Assembly (NCBI RefSeq): GCF_000738915.1
Contig: NW_026515638.1
Coordinates: forward strand, 394,882-458,881
Source: Nematocida ausubeli
Lineage: Eukaryota
Direction: 5' to 3'
DNA length: 64,000 nucleotides
Shown in pieces: positions 63,025 to 64,000 of the stretch. Every line of letters starts with the position of its first letter. Position 1 is the first letter of the stretch. The notes beneath the pieces are model-generated. The model did not search any database. It was not told the DNA's origin and saw only the letters and a program-made list of their open reading frames with translations. A program made the position numbers and the translations under genes.

Positions 63025-64000
63025 ATGCAGGATACAAAGGATCGCTACAGCTCCAGTGAGAGACACTCAGAAGAGAGAAGCACCGATGTAGAGGAAGATA
63101 TTAAAAAGCTAATGGGCAAGAAAACAGATAATTTAGACAAAAAAATGAGTGTGTCTATTGATCAGGCCGATACAACCATTTCATTGCTCAGGCAGCTTGC
63201 CCTGCAGTATGATGAGCTGGAGGCATTCTTTAAGTCGCATGACCCGAAGGTGCGAGACGACTTCCCAGCGGAACTGCTGACAGAGCTAGTAAAGTCAAGC
63301 AAGATATCGCCTACACTATGCAAAATGGTTGAGAGTGTGACTGAGGAGGCAAAAAACCTTCGAAGGGAAAATGAGCTACTAAAGGTTTCAGAGAAATCCA
63401 CAAGGGAACAGCTGGATAACAATACAGGATCCCATCGCAGTCTTAAGCTAGAAGTAAAATACCTAAACCAGGCGCTAAAAGAGGCAACTAAAGAGATAAA
63501 AAAGCAGAAGGATGAAGCAACCGCCCAAAGAAAAAGAATGCTTGAGATGGAAACATCTTTGGAAGCACAGAAGAAGATTGCAAAAAGTCTCCTCCAAGAC
63601 AAAAAGGTGAGCAACAAAGAAACTGATATACATGAGGAGGAGAAGCAGATACTGCAGGACATGATAAAGCATAAGGACGCAGAAGTAGAGAGGGCAAAGC
63701 GGGAGAAGGAAGAAATGGCGTATGAAAAGCAGAAAATAAGAAGAGAGTACGAGGTACTTCATATACAATACAGCCGTCTAAAGAAAAGAGCTGAGCTGAA
63801 GGAGAAGGCATTGTATTCATGCACCGAGGAGATGGAGCTGTTAATCAAGCAAATGGACAAACTCTCAAAGTCTGACATGCAGAAAAAAGAGAGACTCGAA
63901 TACATGGAAATAAATAAAAAGAAAAGGCTGTATGATAGTCATCTGGGAAATAGAGCAAAAGAGCAGCCTGCATATCCTGTAAAAGGGCATAAAGTACAGG
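63025..64000 (+). CDS. Coiled-coil protein, runs off the window end
   Basis: Read by hand from ATG 63025: MQDTKDRYSSSERHSEERSTDVEEDIKKLMGK..., E/K-rich, no stop seen. Absent from the ORF track, presumably because it has no stop in the window. Confidence 0.8.
   Translation, partial: MQDTKDRYSSSERHSEERSTDVEEDIKKLMGKKTDNLDKKMSVSIDQADTTISLLRQLALQYDELEAFFKSHDPKVRDDFPAELLTELVKSSKISPTLCKMVESVTEEAKNLRRENELLKVSEKSTREQLDNNTGSHRSLKLEVKYLNQALKEATKEIKKQKDEATAQRKRMLEMETSLEAQKKIAKSLLQDKKVSNKETDIHEEEKQILQDMIKHKDAEVERAKREKEEMAYEKQKIRREYEVLHIQYSRLKKRAELKEKALYSCTEEMELLIKQMDKLSKSDMQKKERLEYMEINKKKRLYDSHLGNRAKEQPAYPVKGHKVQ

Noticed and set aside
1..64000. tRNA genes, CRISPR arrays, complete LTR or DNA transposons
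   Set aside because: None recognised by eye. tRNAscan-SE and a repeat finder would be needed to exclude them.

Overview
This is eukaryotic, gene-dense, AT-rich DNA with no clear introns. It is almost certainly from a microsporidian of the genus Nematocida, judged from a NemLGF1-type large-family gene, strongly reduced housekeeping proteins and ~30-bp intergenic spacers. Core genes include MSH2, ENP2/NOL10, RPB8, a CDC50-like gene, TatD, RNase H2A, RPL8/uL2, MPP10, UGP1, VRG4, TAD3, gamma-COP, a CHD7-type remodeller, YTH1, zuotin and a dispersed 5S rRNA gene. These are interleaved with lineage-specific secreted or membrane proteins (LRR, coiled-coil, Cys/Gly/Met-repeat). The main observations are: (1) an MPP10 reading frame interrupted by two in-frame TAGs, one consistent with a gene split and one inside a possible 15-nt GT-AG intron; (2) a stand-alone Ginger/GIN-like integrase with an eroded DDE triad; (3) a four-copy dispersed non-coding repeat, always co-oriented with the gene upstream of it; (4) six divergent gene pairs sharing 28-38 bp spacers; (5) a candidate structured RNA at ~46.5 kb; (6) highly diverged Sos7/Kre28-, CENP-C- and TMEM209-like proteins. 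All assignments come from motif recognition by eye, and no database searches were run.
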